64,000 nt of DNA from Camelus ferus (taxonomy: Eukaryota). The position numbers were made by a program, and so were the translations under genes. Positions 37,346-50,165 of the stretch are shown here, one piece after another; the stretch's first letter is position 1; each line of letters opens with the position of its first letter. Location of the stretch: contig NC_045696.1 of NCBI RefSeq assembly GCF_009834535.1, forward strand, positions 75,766,001-75,830,000, in the 5' to 3' direction. The notes below the pieces were generated by a model. It was not told the DNA's origin and did no database searches. It saw nothing but the letters and a program-made list of their open reading frames with translations.

Positions 37346-38589
37346 AAACATAGTTCTATCCATTAGTAGGCCTTAAGAAAATGGCCAGTTTTGAGTTCAG
37401 AAGAAGGAAATGGCATGAACAAAAATAAGATGGGAAAACACAGCATGTGTTCCAGGTTGACTGGCATTTTGAGTACATGAGGGTAGGGTGGTTGTACCCT
37501 GCGGTACAGGTTGTTCACTTCACAAAAATGGCAGACCAAGTGGGACAAGTGAGACTGAAAGCCAGGCCATATTCTGCTTGTACAGCCTGCTCCCCGCCCA
37601 GAAATGCATTTTTCTTCACTTAATAGTGATACTAGGGGTGACCCTGAGTAAGTAGGCATCAAATAAGAAATTTGACTAAAAAGTGCGTCTGTGACCCTAA
37701 TCCTAAACAGGGAGGTGCAGAGTGTAGCAAGGGCACTCACCATTATATACGCCTGGATCCTCTCCTTTCTTTAAGTAAAGGGCTTCTGAGCCATTTTCAT
37801 CTGTTGGCTTTTAAAAACTCACAACAAAAAGAGGTATTTGTCTGTCCCCTTGACAACAGGCCTTGACATTTCAACCATTTTTACTTCTTCCCTCCACTAA
37901 AGTTCCAATCTTTCTTCTGAGCCATCATTACAATAATTTACAGGAGGTGGGGTACCTCCCAGCTCTTCACTTTGCTGTCAGTTGTGCTGTATTTGCTTTT
38001 CTTGCCGGGACTGCCTCGGAGATTGAACGGGATTTTGTATGATTTGATCTTAATGGTTTAGCTGAGACTTGTTGGTAGGATGACCAGCTGCCTCAAATTA
38101 CAGCCTCTCTCCTTTCCCACCGAGTTCATCACCAAAATGGGGTGGGGGAAAGAGAAAGAAAAAGCCATGAGGGGGAGGAATAGAATTGTATAACAAGATG
38201 CCAAAATCTGCCTCTAAGCAGCTTCCTAGGCTCTCTGGTCTACACACGTTTTCAGTACTTCTTCCGCCTGCTGCCCTTCAAGGCTACTGGTTTCTCAAGA
38301 GGAAAGCCCCTTAAACTTGTGCATTTCCTCTATGACACGCAGCACATAGACGGGGCTGCCAGAGGAGGCTTGGTAGCTGCAGGAAGAATGGAACATCTAC
38401 TCGGTCTTTCCTCTTCTAGTCCTCTTCTTTCCAGTTCTGATTTCTTTTTTAACTGGGGAGATGGGAAGAAGAAGAGTTTGTATTAGGCAATAAAGGATTT
38501 TAATAAGAATCCATTTCATTGATTCATAAAATAAAACTAGGATTATCTCATCTGTCTTCATATAATGATTACAATTTATTCAATTTTGA

Positions 38590-38785
38590 ATATGTTCCAG
38601 GTGCTTTACATGTATTATCTTTAATCCTTATAACAACACTGTAAGGTAGCTATTTTTATCTCTGTTTTATAGATAAGAAAACTTTAGTGAGAAAAGTTAA
38701 TTAACTTATTCAAACATACAGAGCTAATAAGGACTAGGGTTAGGATAAATCCCAGTGCTACCTCACCCATAACCCATGTTCTTTT
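38590..38785 (-). mobile_element. MIR
   Basis: gtgctttacatgtattatctttaatccttataacaacactgtaaggtagctatttttatctctgttttatagataagaaaact. Confidence 0.85.
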
Positions 38786-38991
38786 TCTTTCTTTGTGTGT
38801 CTAAAATTATTTTTTTAATAATACAACGTAACACACGCATATGTTCTCACCGGGTACAATTCACAGAATAAACAGCATTTTTATATTAAATGTAGAAATC
38901 CCTTTGGCACCACTTCCCTCACTCAAATATCCAATCCTAATAACTCTCCCAGTGGGGACCAGTTTGCAGAATTGTATCAGTACATTTCCAA

Positions 38992-39000
38992 ATATGTATG

Positions 39001-39035
<35 letters not shown>

Positions 39036-39057
39036 GTATATGTATATGTATATACAT
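38992..39057. repeat. (TATATG)n hexanucleotide microsatellite
   Basis: tgtatatgtatatgtatatg... seen directly; it produces the MYMY/CICI ORF artefacts. Confidence 0.95.
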
Positions 39058-40173
39058 CTGTATCTGATGATGTATTATTCTAAAAATCATCTTTCAATAT
39101 CAATATATTCAGACCTATACCTTTTTATAGTTGTTGAATATTTAAATTTATATCTGCCATCTCATCCGGTTTTATTTTTATCCAGTTTCTTGCTAAATGT
39201 AGTTATTCTGAATCCTTGTTTTTTGTATAAGTACACTTAGACTAAGAAGAATATTTTGAGTAATTTCAAAGAACTCTGATTTTTTTTCACAGTATTTAAT
39301 CTTTATTTTATGAATAAACATAAATTTATAGGAAATTTTCCTTCTCTTTGCTACATTAATGTGATTATATGGGTGTTGATCTTTCTGTATGGTTGAATAT
39401 GGTGCTTTTTTTTTTTTTTCTTTACATTGTGGACTTTCCTCAAATGCCTGCTTTTTCTCGGCTGTTTGACATTGTGTCCCATCCCTCATTTTACTTCTAC
39501 AGTACAATGCTGCAGTTAATTTTACAACTAAAGAAACCAAGAACCAGAGAGAATAAATGACAGCCAAAGGCATGGAGCTATTTATTGCTAGAGCCGGTAA
39601 TAAATCCCATTTATCTGCTGACCCCTGGGCCAGCACCCTTTCTATTACATAACATGTTATTAATTGGCACTATTATGTAGATGCTTTAGCTTATTTGCAA
39701 ATCTATACTCTTTTCTCTTCACATTTCATATTCTGCTTCCAGTCACATTTGTTTAGCTGAAAAAGTTTGACATGCTGTGTGTCCTTGGCAGAGAACTCTG
39801 AGGAAAGCTCACTTACCCATGTATTTAATTTTGAATAATGTCTCCTAGAAGAATCTAATACTTGAACATGTTCAATAAACCTCAGTTAATAAAAAGTTAG
39901 AACATTATGAGTCCTTAGGAAAAAAATCTAACCCAACTCCTTATTTCATAAATTCACTTAACAACACGTATTGTCAATGCACTTCCTAGACTCTCATAAA
40001 TGCTAATAATACATGTTAGAGTGCATTTTCATATAGCATCTGGGAAACTTAGAGCCAAGAATGACTAATTCACTTAAAGATCTTACATTAATGGTGATGA
40101 CAGGATTGAAGACCAAGTCTCCTGACTCAAAAGTCCAGTACTAAACACCCAAGTGATTTGCCAGTGTGCTATT

Positions 40174-40232
40174 CTAGCAAAATACAACTAGCAAAATACA
40201 AACAAAATACAACATACAGCTAGCAAAATACA
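40174..40232. repeat. Short degenerate tandem repeat of ctagcaaaataca
   Basis: ctagcaaaatacaa ctagcaaaatacaa acaaaatacaa catacag ctagcaaaataca. Confidence 0.85.
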
Positions 40233-40749
40233 GGCTGGTCCAACCTACCTACAATATGTGCTAAGCTGCATTCATTATCTTCGTGGTTCATACAAAAAGA
40301 CAGTACTGGTAGTGAAATGTACAAAGCATTTATACTTTTTAACGCTTAAGACTCTTATTTAGTTTGCTTTCAAATTTCTAATCACAGATTAAATAGCAAC
40401 ATTTTGAGATAGTGGCAGTGGGCTTGATTGATTTGCAACTCTCTCTCAGTCTCTTTCTCTCTTTTCCCTCTTACACAAAAATAATTCTCAAGGTCATATT
40501 ATGTGTTCTGAAAACTAGCATTTGTATTCAAGTTCAGTAAATCATGCTGTCAACATTTTGTGACCGTTCCTGTTGAATCCTGTTGAATGCTTGATGTTGC
40601 CTTATAATCCTTAACAGATAATGTGTTTTAACTGGGCTGTTCAAGGATATTATTGTTCTGGATTAAAAGGATAGTATATTTTTAGTACATCACCAGAAAC
40701 CTTGATGTCCTGATCAGGGGCAGCATTTGCTGATCATGCACCATTCTGA

Positions 40750-40965
40750 GCACAGAGGAGAAGCCAATGTAATGGAAAGGGCGCTTCTGATAATTTGCCA
40801 TCAGATACCCTGGGTTTGGATGTCCTACTATTCTTGGCTTTCTCACAGCCTTGGCTTATGAAGCTTAAAAATAGGGCAATAATATCCATTTCCTCTGGGC
40901 TGTTTTAAGATTTAATTGACATAATGCATGTTAGAGTACCCTGGCACATACAAGGAGTTTAATAA
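40750..40965 (+). mobile_element. MIR fragment
   Basis: atgtaatggaaagggcgc...atcagataccctgggtttgga...gggctgttttaagatttaattgacataatgcatg...cctggcacata. Confidence 0.65.
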
Positions 40966-43900
40966 AGCTAATTTCCCTTCCAGTTTACTTAATGTTTGCT
41001 ACTTTCAAAACCATTCTTTCCCAATAATGTAATAACTGGCTTTGACAGCAGTAGCAGACCCATACACAGAGCTCATTCTCTCTCCCCCAAGACCAGCTTT
41101 CTCCATTAGTATCTGAGCCTGGCAAATCAAAATCCTTCCTAAAATCTTCTAAGTGACTTCGAAACCCCCGTGTGCATTAGTCTGGCTCACTTGAGTGTAT
41201 CTTGCACATTTAATTAAACCTGTTATTTCTGGAAACAAAAACAAAACATTTGAGAAGGAATGGCTGAGAGAAACCATTGCTTTTCCAGTACTGTGACACG
41301 TGAATAATTTAAGAAATCTTTTAAAGCCTTGCTTTATTTTAATTGGTTTCTGAATCCATTCATTTTCAGACTGTGCTTTTATTATCTCCATCTACCATTG
41401 TCTTTTGCCACTTCTCTTTGAGGATATCTGTTATCCTTAAAAAGGGACTAGGTGGGAATTAACTTCCTTCTGACCACATCCATTTATCCACTTGAAGATC
41501 ACTGTGGCAAACTATGAAAAATGTGCTAGTTTTGAAAAATGACAAAGCTCCCAGGATCGAAGAGGTGCTTATCCTCTCCCAGGAATCTATTTGTTCTGTT
41601 ATTCTTGGCAGTGAGGACTGGACTCTTCAAAGGGAGATGCAGATTCCATTCTGTTTATCCTTCTTACTTTGAAAATTACGTCCTTGTTCGGCATTGGAAC
41701 GGTTTTGGATGAAAAGTCCTTTCCTATTTGCACTGCAAATAAAAAAAAACACGATCCCATTGTAAATTGTGTTAACCCCCTTCTGACAATCTAAACCTCA
41801 TGAGGAAAGACGTGCTGGCTATTATGTGTACATATACGTGCTGTGCACAGGTGTGTTTATTAGGAGGCTGTGTGTTTGATCTCCTCTTCATTCCTTAGTC
41901 CTTCCCTAAGCATTATTGGCATGTAGGAAATGGAATCTGTCTAATCTGTTCCAACTGAATTAAATCCATCAACTATATTTCACTTTGAATTTTAATTGGG
42001 GCAGATCCGTTCTCTTAGTAATGGAAAGTTAGTAGTTTATCTTCTCCATCCTCTGTGTTACTTCCCTCATGGTCCAGGATGATGCCTTTGTTTTGCTCTG
42101 GACAAATATGATGCCAAATGCTGCTGCTCTCCAAACTCAGGGCTTCCCCAACTCTAGGGAACATAGGTCAGTTCTCCCCAAGAATTCTCTCATCATGTTC
42201 CATTCCCACGGTGACATAAGTCTCATGGGACACTCCTACCTGGTTTGAGATGGAGAAGAATGAGGAAATGAAGGAACAATGCTAGTACATTCTCATTCGA
42301 CAGTCAACTCTATTACAAAAATGGACTCTTGTTATCTGATCAGTCTCTTGTATCTGGGCTGGAGGTAGATGATGGTGTAAAAGTCACAATATTGGGTTTG
42401 ACCACCTATTAGCAGGTCCTGCATATGTGGTCTACCTCCTCTCTCTAGAAGGTGGAGGTTTTATCATCCACTGTTGTTAATTTTGGGATCTCAAATGAGA
42501 CTAGGAGAAGTCCCATTAACATTTTGCAACTCATGTATAACTGATATAATAAAACCTGAATTTTAAGAGATAAAATCTATAAAGAGTGAAAAATGAAGAA
42601 TGATCATAGACTTTGGTAGAAATTCCCATTGTGGCACAACTATGAGACAGACTATAGAGTATTTTCCCCTTTTGCTTTGATTAAAAGTGCGATTTCACAT
42701 GAAATAGTGTGATATTTCCTCTCCTGTTTCCAAGGAGGCTCAGTGGAGACCGTCGTTAACCAGTGTGGTCAGGCGAACCAGCAGCTTCCCTGATTAGTGT
42801 CTCCTGCTGGGCAATGCAGATAAAACCTCCATCACAGGACATTCCTGAAAGCTCGAGTGCCCGTCCTCCAACTGTGCCACCTAGAGAACTGTCAAGTGTC
42901 TGTAAATATTTTGCAGTTCCTTAGGAGAAACTGTTGGCTTTCTGAGAGACAGCAGAGTGAGCCGGTCCCTGCATCCAGCCCTGGTTCTCGGTGGATTCGG
43001 TTTGCTTGTTCTCAGTCATTTTATCTCTCTGATGAGTCCCATCTCTGTATTTCCTTCTTATCTCCTGCTGTGGTTTTCTTCCGACACATTATCTTCTTCC
43101 TAGAACATTCAAAAAAAATCACCGATTACCCTTGATAGATTCATTCATGACCTTTGGGACTAAAAAGTCAGGCTCCTGAACAGGAGGAGAAGCCTGAATA
43201 TGCAGTGGTGGGTGGGAGAGGGATCCCAGCTACCACCCCTCACCATCTTCAGAGATGCTCAGCTCATTTACATCCCCCTCCCACCCCCAGCCCCCATGGC
43301 TAAAGGGAAAAAGAAGTTTGGTCACCATTTCATTAATCCAAATTCATTCTGATCATCTTGCCATTTTAACACGTTTTGTCTCATTTTTTTTCCTCCCAGA
43401 TGGTGGGTTTGCATCCTTTGAGAAGAATGACTAGCAACTTCAGAGGCGTAAAATGTGCATCCACCAAACAAAGCTATCTTCTGTAAATACATTGTTTGTT
43501 TTGAACAAACCTTCTGTTCTGGTTCTATTTGATTAACAAGAATAATCAAACATCTAAATAAAAATCATTGTCTGTTACCACTGGAGAGTATCCAGCTAGT
43601 TGTTAGACAGCTTGGAAGGCTGGCAAAAGGCAAGATGCATCGTGCTGGGGGACATCCAGGCCAGCGTGCAGGGACCTGCATGCCATCTGCCCCCACCCCT
43701 TCTGCTCAGATCCCAGTCCAATCATTTTAAACTCATTAGAGCAAGATTCTTGTAAAGCCAAGAGATGGGATTTAGCTGCGGCTCCCAATTTCACAAACTA
43801 CAGAAGGGCTCACAATGAGAAGGCCAGCTTCCTGAGATACCTTGAATGACCTTCTGGTTCTCAGGCATAAGGACGCCTCCCCAAACTGCATATTCGATAA

Positions 43901-44419
43901 AGGGCTGAGTACCTTTCTGTGTGCTTTACTTTTCCACACCCTGAGAGAGGTCAAAACCGTTCAAGTTATAGTGTGTGTATTCCCTATGAAAGGTGCTGCA
44001 AGATATTATGTGCTAATTGTTTGTTGCTTTAGAGCAAAGCAGGCCCACTGAGAAGCCAGCCCTTTTTATGATACTTGTAGAGCTGCATCTACCAAGAAGC
44101 AAAGTTCAGCGGAAAAAAACCAATCCGAAACCGTTTCTTCACAAAATAAGAAACATTTCTGACACGCTATTTAATGACAACAGTCAACTGTTTCTTTTCC
44201 ATCTTTATTTCCCCCTCTAAGGTCTAGCTTATTGGCTCATTATGTGCCTGGAATAAGAAGGATGACAAGGAGGTGGAATTCTGGCTCAGCAGATTCCGCG
44301 CCCAGCCCCCCTCGCTCAGCCCGCTTCCCCCACCCTCCCGCTCTCCCCTCTTCCCCCGGCTCTCCCGCCTCCTGCTGCTGCAGATCTCTTTCTGCTGCCT
44401 GGCAACCGCTCCACAGGCA

Positions 44420-44526
44420 ATGTCACACAGGATTGCTTATTCCAGCTTCAGAGAAATAAACAGGAGAGGGAAAATTCTTGCCGTTACATTAGAACAGTTA
44501 TGTACAAATGTACCAAACAAAGCTAG
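44420..44526 (+). CDS. Hypothetical exon 1 of a two-exon 101-aa ORF (unrecognised)
   Basis: ATG with G at -3; donor AG|GTAATG after 44526, phase 2; no homology recognised. Confidence 0.15.
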
Positions 44527-44891
44527 GTAATGCCAGGACTGATTCCGTCGCAGAATTCCGCACCCTGGTGTCTAGTCTCCCCTTACATGGGTAGAGATGG
44601 GTAAGGGGGGGGAAAGGGGGAGTCTTCAGATGGCTCTTAGCCTGTATTGTTTTAAATACATCCATTCTGTTGGCATAAACCTCAAATATAACTATTTCTG
44701 GGCTTTAAGAACTTTAGCAGGAAATGTTACAGTTGTCATTTGAAAAGTGCGGTGGGCTTATGAAGAGCAAAGTTCTGTTGCTTATCATTGTCACCTTGGC
44801 TCGTAATTGCATAGATGGTTCTAACCAGACTTCAGGGTATCGCATCTAGTATTTGGGAAGTGAGGCAGGACCTATCTTTTCTTCTCTACAG

Positions 44892-45090
44892 GTTACTTGC
44901 TAACGTGCGGGTCTTTTGTTCCTTTACACGTTCACTCTCCCGTTGCTTCCGGTGGCTGGCAATGAGGAGTGCAGGCTTTATATCTAGCGCTGGGGACAGT
45001 GGGAGCAGAAGAGACCTGCCAGTCCTCCCAGGGGTCCCACTGTCACCCGCAAGGCTGGCAATTAAACAAATCACTACAATAAACTGCTAA
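44892..45090 (+). CDS. Hypothetical exon 2 of the same ORF
   Basis: Strong acceptor tcttttcttctctacag at 44891; in frame with exon 1; TAA at 45088-45090; AATAAA just before the stop. Confidence 0.15.
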
Positions 45091-45352
45091 AGGATAAGGA
45101 GGGGGGAGGGGATGAAAAAATGGAAAAGTCTTGCTTCACATTCCACTCAGGAGTTTTACTTCTCCGTACCAGGCCTACGTAATCCGTATCAGCATTTCCT
45201 CCGGTGTCCGTCTATCTAGCCAGGCGATGGAAGGAAGCGGGTTTCTTCCTAACTCAGTTTCCTGAGTGTGATACCCAGAGAGCATAAACATTCTTTGAAG
45301 TGCATCTTATCCAGGAATCTGAACTCCCCATTAACTTGATTATAAAATTCAA

Positions 45353-45465
45353 GGGAGGGTATAGCTCCAGTAGCCCAGCATGCACAAGGTCCTGGGTTCA
45401 ATCCCCAATACCTCCATAATTAATAAACAAATAAATAAACCTAATTACCCCCCCCCAAAAAAAAA
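45353..45465 (+). mobile_element. Camelid tRNA-derived SINE (Vic-1-like)
   Basis: gggagggtatagctc...agcatgcacaaggtcctgggttcaatccccaatacctcca (tRNA-like head with B box) followed by aaataaataaacctaattacccccc and an A tail. Confidence 0.85.
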
Positions 45466-46214
45466 TCCTTTCATGTTCCAGGTCCCTATCGTTGTTGACC
45501 TGAGTCACTGAAAGCAGTGAGACTGACGTATTTGCTAGAGCAAGTTAACTGTAAATAGTAACTAAGACCCCCATCTCTGACCAACACTTATTCACAAAGA
45601 AGAGTTAAAGGCCTGAGTGTCCTGAGAGAGTACAGGAGAGTGTCACACCTTAATAGAGTAGGAGGAGGGTGATGTCAGGGTTTCTGGAAGGACTAATTAT
45701 TGGGAGCCAGTAGATGCCCAAGGTTTAGATAAGGAAAGTCATTATGGAGTCTTTGGTATGATACTGGAACCAGTAACTGTCACCAAGGAAAATTACCACC
45801 AACAACTGGGCAAAAGCATCAGAGAACCGAAGTTCGACAGCTGGAGTTCTGGGCTGGGCTCAGTTTTCAGAGTAGGAACCACAGGGAAGAAAGAAGCAGT
45901 CAAGTGTCCGGGCAGACAGGTGGGCCAGACCCTGAGGGGCTGGATGCGAGGCCTCGGTCTAAATCCCATATTGCCAACTAGATCAGAATATTCACCTCCA
46001 GGGCCGAGGGGTACGCACCTCTGACTACGTGTAGGCCCTCCTCACTCCTAGCTTTCAGCAGTTGGTGACTAGATGGGTTTCTTCTGGAAGGTGGGGCCTC
46101 TGGCACCCCAGCCTGTGGTGGGGGGCACACTGGCAGTCAGCACACAGGGGAGGGAAGGCTGACGGCGGGCACTGAGTCCAGGCACTCCATCCCAGGCACA
46201 GGTTTTGATCAGAC

Positions 46215-46320
46215 AGACCTAACTTTGAAACCCAGTTCTGATACTTAATGCTTATGTGACCTTGGGAAAATGACTCAAGTTCCCTGAGCCTCAGTTTCCT
46301 AATCTGTAAACTTCCAATGA
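46215..46320 (+). mobile_element. MIR core
   Basis: tatgtgaccttgggaaaatgactcaagttccctgagcctcagtttcctaatctgtaaa. Confidence 0.85.
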
Positions 46321-47649
46321 ATGTCAGCAATAACTGTTTGACTAAAATTAATATTATACTTCAGAGGGCCAAAAACAGATCATTGGAATTTTTTTTTACC
46401 ATAAAGCAAAATAAGAAGCAATTAAATTGTTCCATCTAAATTTATGGAATTGGAAAACAATGATAAGTGCTATTAATAACAGTAAGAGAGCATACGTTCA
46501 AGAACTGAAACCGCAAAATATATGTCAAGCTGGGAAAAAAAAAAAAAAAAAAAACCCTTCCTCTAGCCCCATCTACCTCCCAGTTTGCCTGTCACATCAC
46601 AATATGTGTGCATGCCGCAAATACCCATGCCCTTGTTTTACTGGCTAAAACTCAGTCGAGTTCTCACTCTGTGTGACCTGGGAATTAAAGCTGGGGAGAT
46701 GGCTTGGACCATAACAGGAGTCTCTACTATACACTGTTGCAGCATGTTTCTTACGCACTATCTGGGAGGTGCAAAACTCTAAAGGTCCCACTGATACCAC
46801 CTGGGCAGGTTTGATCTGCCCCTGTACTTGACCTGTTCGCCTAAGTGAGGCTGCCCTGGCAGTTTCTGAAGAACTCCAGTTCCATTTAGTAAAATCTCTG
46901 CTCCTCTCCTAAGCTTCTATTACACCCTCTAATTGCCTTCCTGGTCTTCCGGCTTCTTTGGCTAGATCTCTGCTTTCTTGCCTGTGCTTTCCACTTGATC
47001 TTGACAATAGAATGTCAAGAAGTTTTCGCTTTCAATTTACTCATCCCCAAGGCTTCCTCATGGTTGATGGGTATCTCACATGACTCAGCTGTGGTCTCTG
47101 GGAACCCAGCATCCGGCACCTAAGTGACAGGACCTGGTTTTCTGTTAAAGGTTAAGTCAGAAAGGTATGTGTCTATTTTTCTCAAAGTTATGAAGGAAAT
47201 TATAAAACTTGAAGCCCAGTATTTATTTCTGGAAGCAGTTCAAGGAGCAGCTATATCAAGGTCACTTGGGGCTTTTTTAACAAATCAGGATTTAGAACCA
47301 AAATACCAGATTTATCAGCTAGCTCATCCAGATGATTACTATAAACATTAAAGTTTAAGGCTCATCGCCATAATCCCTTGAAGATTTGGACAAAAAATTA
47401 AAAATTAAAACACCTTTCGGGTGAATCAGTGTCAATATAAATCCATTTTTTCATCAATAGTTTTTTCTTTTTAAATCACATCTACCCAGACTTTTAACAA
47501 GGGTTTCTCTATTAGAGCATAGACGTCCTTTTTTAAAGTTAGTAAACCATTGAGAAAAAAACAAACAAAAAACCATAATTACTCAAGGCCAACAAAACAA
47601 GTCACATGGATTAAGTGATCCTATTGGCCCAGGTCTCCTGACCAGTTAT

Positions 47650-48460
47650 CCATTTATTCAAAAATAGTATTAAGTGACTATTATACATCAAGCACTACTC
47701 CTGGTGTTGGAGACACAGGACGCTTGTCTGGACAAGACAGGCAAAGTCACTGTCCTCACTAAGCTCACACTCTAGTGGAGGAAGCAGGCGATGGCTAACT
47801 TAAAAAAGTAAATAATATTTCTGTATTACTGTCGACTGTAGAGGGGAAAGATTGGGAGCTAGAAACCAGCTTTTGGGCTAATTCAGTAGTCTATGGGAAG
47901 AGATGATGGAGCCTGGGTGAGGGTCATTATCAGTGAGGACAGGAGGAGACAACTTCAGGGTATAATTTGGAAGCAGAGATGGCAAGATTTGTCTTGTGTA
48001 TGGAAAACAAAGGAAATAGAGAAATCAAGCCTATATGATTTGGCTTGACCCAACTGATGGAATGGTGGTGTGTTTCATTAAAACGAGATGTCTAGAGAAA
48101 GAGGACTTTTGGAGAAAATATCAAGGGTTCTCTTTTTGTTGTGATAAACTTGTAAAACCTTACAGATATCTTAGTTGAGATATTGAGAAAGGCATTAGGT
48201 GTCATAATCTGGAGCCCAGAGCTCCAAGCGAGGTAAACACTTAAGAATCACCAGTGTTTAGATATGAAATGCCATGCGAATGAAGAGCTCGCCCAAGGAG
48301 TGGAAGTCCCTAGAGAAGAGAAGATAGAGAACTGAACACTAAACCTTTCTCACACTTAGAGGACAGAGAGAGAAGGAGGAGCCAGTGAAGGGGGCTGAAA
48401 AGGAAACGCCAAAGAGGTAGGAGGAAAATGAGTGTGGCTACCTGGAAGCCTGGTGAGTGT
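47650..48460 (-). mobile_element. L2 3' portion
   Basis: catttattcaaaaatagtattaagtgactatt...gctcacactctagtggagga...ggagccagtgaagggggctgaaaaggaa. Confidence 0.8.
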
Positions 48461-50151
48461 GTTCGCATAGGGCTTATGTCATGGGCTGCAGTGACAAAGA
48501 TGGCTGTTCAGTAGCATGAAAGGAGGCTGGCTGCCAAGAGTAGTAAGTATTTGGACATTAAGAACTTGTATTTATTTTGTATTTTAATAAAAGAAAGACA
48601 TGTGAAAGGTACAAGTAAACTTTCCCCAAGGACTTTCAAAATGGGAAAACAACTATTGAAAACACCATGACAAGCAGTGACATAAAATGTCATTTTTCCC
48701 TAAGGGACTGAGATGTGTTCAAAAGCTGGTGGATTTTTTTGTTGTTGTTGTTAGCTTCCTCTAGCAGCAATTCAACATCATCAAACAGCTTATGGAAAAG
48801 GGCAAAATAAATTATGCTAATTAGACCTGCTAGAACTTCTTGGCATTTGGGAGAGGAAAGGTTAAGGTTTAATAAGTGGTAACTGAGAACAAATATTCTT
48901 AGATCTCCAGTAGGTTACACAGCGACTTAAGTCATATGAAAAAGGGGAAGTGTGAGAAAAGCCCTAGTTCAGATTGTGACGGATTGTGTTTTCCTCTGTG
49001 TTTACCAGCTCAGAGGCTTTACAGAAGTAACGACACCCTGACTAGACAGAAAAGGAAATTGCTGCCCCTGCTTAGTATTCACTGAGGGCCCAGAATGAGA
49101 GGCATTTAGAGCATTTTCACACTGGACGACTAGAAGGTCTTGGGACCGATTCCACGTTTCATTTGTGGTCAAACTTTGCATGATTTCTTCTCCATAAGTC
49201 TAGCCTATAAGGCTTCTAGAAAAAACATGTCTCATACACAGATTTTGTATCCGTAAGATATAAACAGTATTGATCATGCTCATGATTAATTTTGACTTTT
49301 CGATGATATTTAATTTAGTTCATTTGTGTTTTTTAAAAAATGTGCTAGCAGATTTGAAGTTAATCTGATAAAAGAGACCAGATGCAGGCCAGATAGTTTT
49401 CTTTTTTAATCCATCTACTCAGATTTTTAGGAAGAATTTTTCTCCATAGAGTATGACTGTATTTTTTAATTAGCCTAGGACTAATTTACAGAATGAATAG
49501 TAAAACATCCATTTCATGGGAAATGAAGCCACAAGAATAAGAAAGAGTCTATACTGGCAGCTTGAAAAAAATAGACCAAACTACACTCTGCAATTGTGGT
49601 GGGACCAGAGGTTTAGTGAAGGTGATCTCTTACTGTTTCTAATTTATCCTCTCTACAGTTCAGGGTCCTGTACACTGAAATGCCTGTGCTGGATTGAACA
49701 GCATTCCCTAAAGCTACAGGAAATATGCGATTATCTTCACTAATGGAGCGGAACAAAAGCACAGGCATTCCAAGATGGTGGCAAACTCCCTGAATCATGC
49801 CCAGTTGGCTTTAGGATGTGTTTTGTACTTAAGTTTGGATATGGGTGTGTCTGACTTTCTGGGAATTTACTTCAAAGAGAATAATGAAATGACACAGTGA
49901 AAACTTGGCTCTCTTGGAGTTGGGAAATGCTCCAGTTTTCCTTTCCTATCCCTGTCCATTCAGGAAACAGACATGACCTTGCTCATAGCTCTCTCTGAAC
50001 AAAAAAACTATGCACACTTTTTTTTTTTTTTATTTCAAATGGCTTCCTCCCAGAGCTTTAAGTTCCCTTAAGGCCACAGCAATAATTAAGCAGAATGTTT
50101 GCTAGTGCTTCTGCTGGGATGTTTGAGTGAAATAGACAGACAGCAACCTGT

Positions 50152-50165
50152 CTGCTAGGGGGCGC
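50152..50165 (+). promoter_or_regulatory. CTCF-like core motif
   Basis: CTGCTAGGGGGCGC versus consensus CCASYAGRKGGCRS; CpG retained. Confidence 0.5.

Larger units (their letters stand above)
44270..45245. promoter_or_regulatory. GC/CpG-enriched promoter- or enhancer-like region
   Basis: Local CpG enrichment relative to the window; C-tracts 44298-44370; RFX X-box-like gctgcctggcaac 44394-44406; ETS-like cttccgg near 44946; no recognisable repeat. Confidence 0.45.

Noticed and set aside
38841..39636. Overlapping ORFs including MYMY/CICI repeats and a 147-aa minus-strand ORF
   Set aside because: Artefacts of the (TATATG)n microsatellite, poly-T runs and decayed L1-like sequence
42873..42886. 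CTCF-like gtgccacctagaga (and ttgcctctagtgg near 14140)
   Set aside because: Mismatches or a missing base at key core positions
45353..45415. Possible tRNA gene (also 54145-54220)
   Set aside because: No intact cloverleaf, and SINE tail or flanking direct repeats are present, so these are tRNA-derived SINEs
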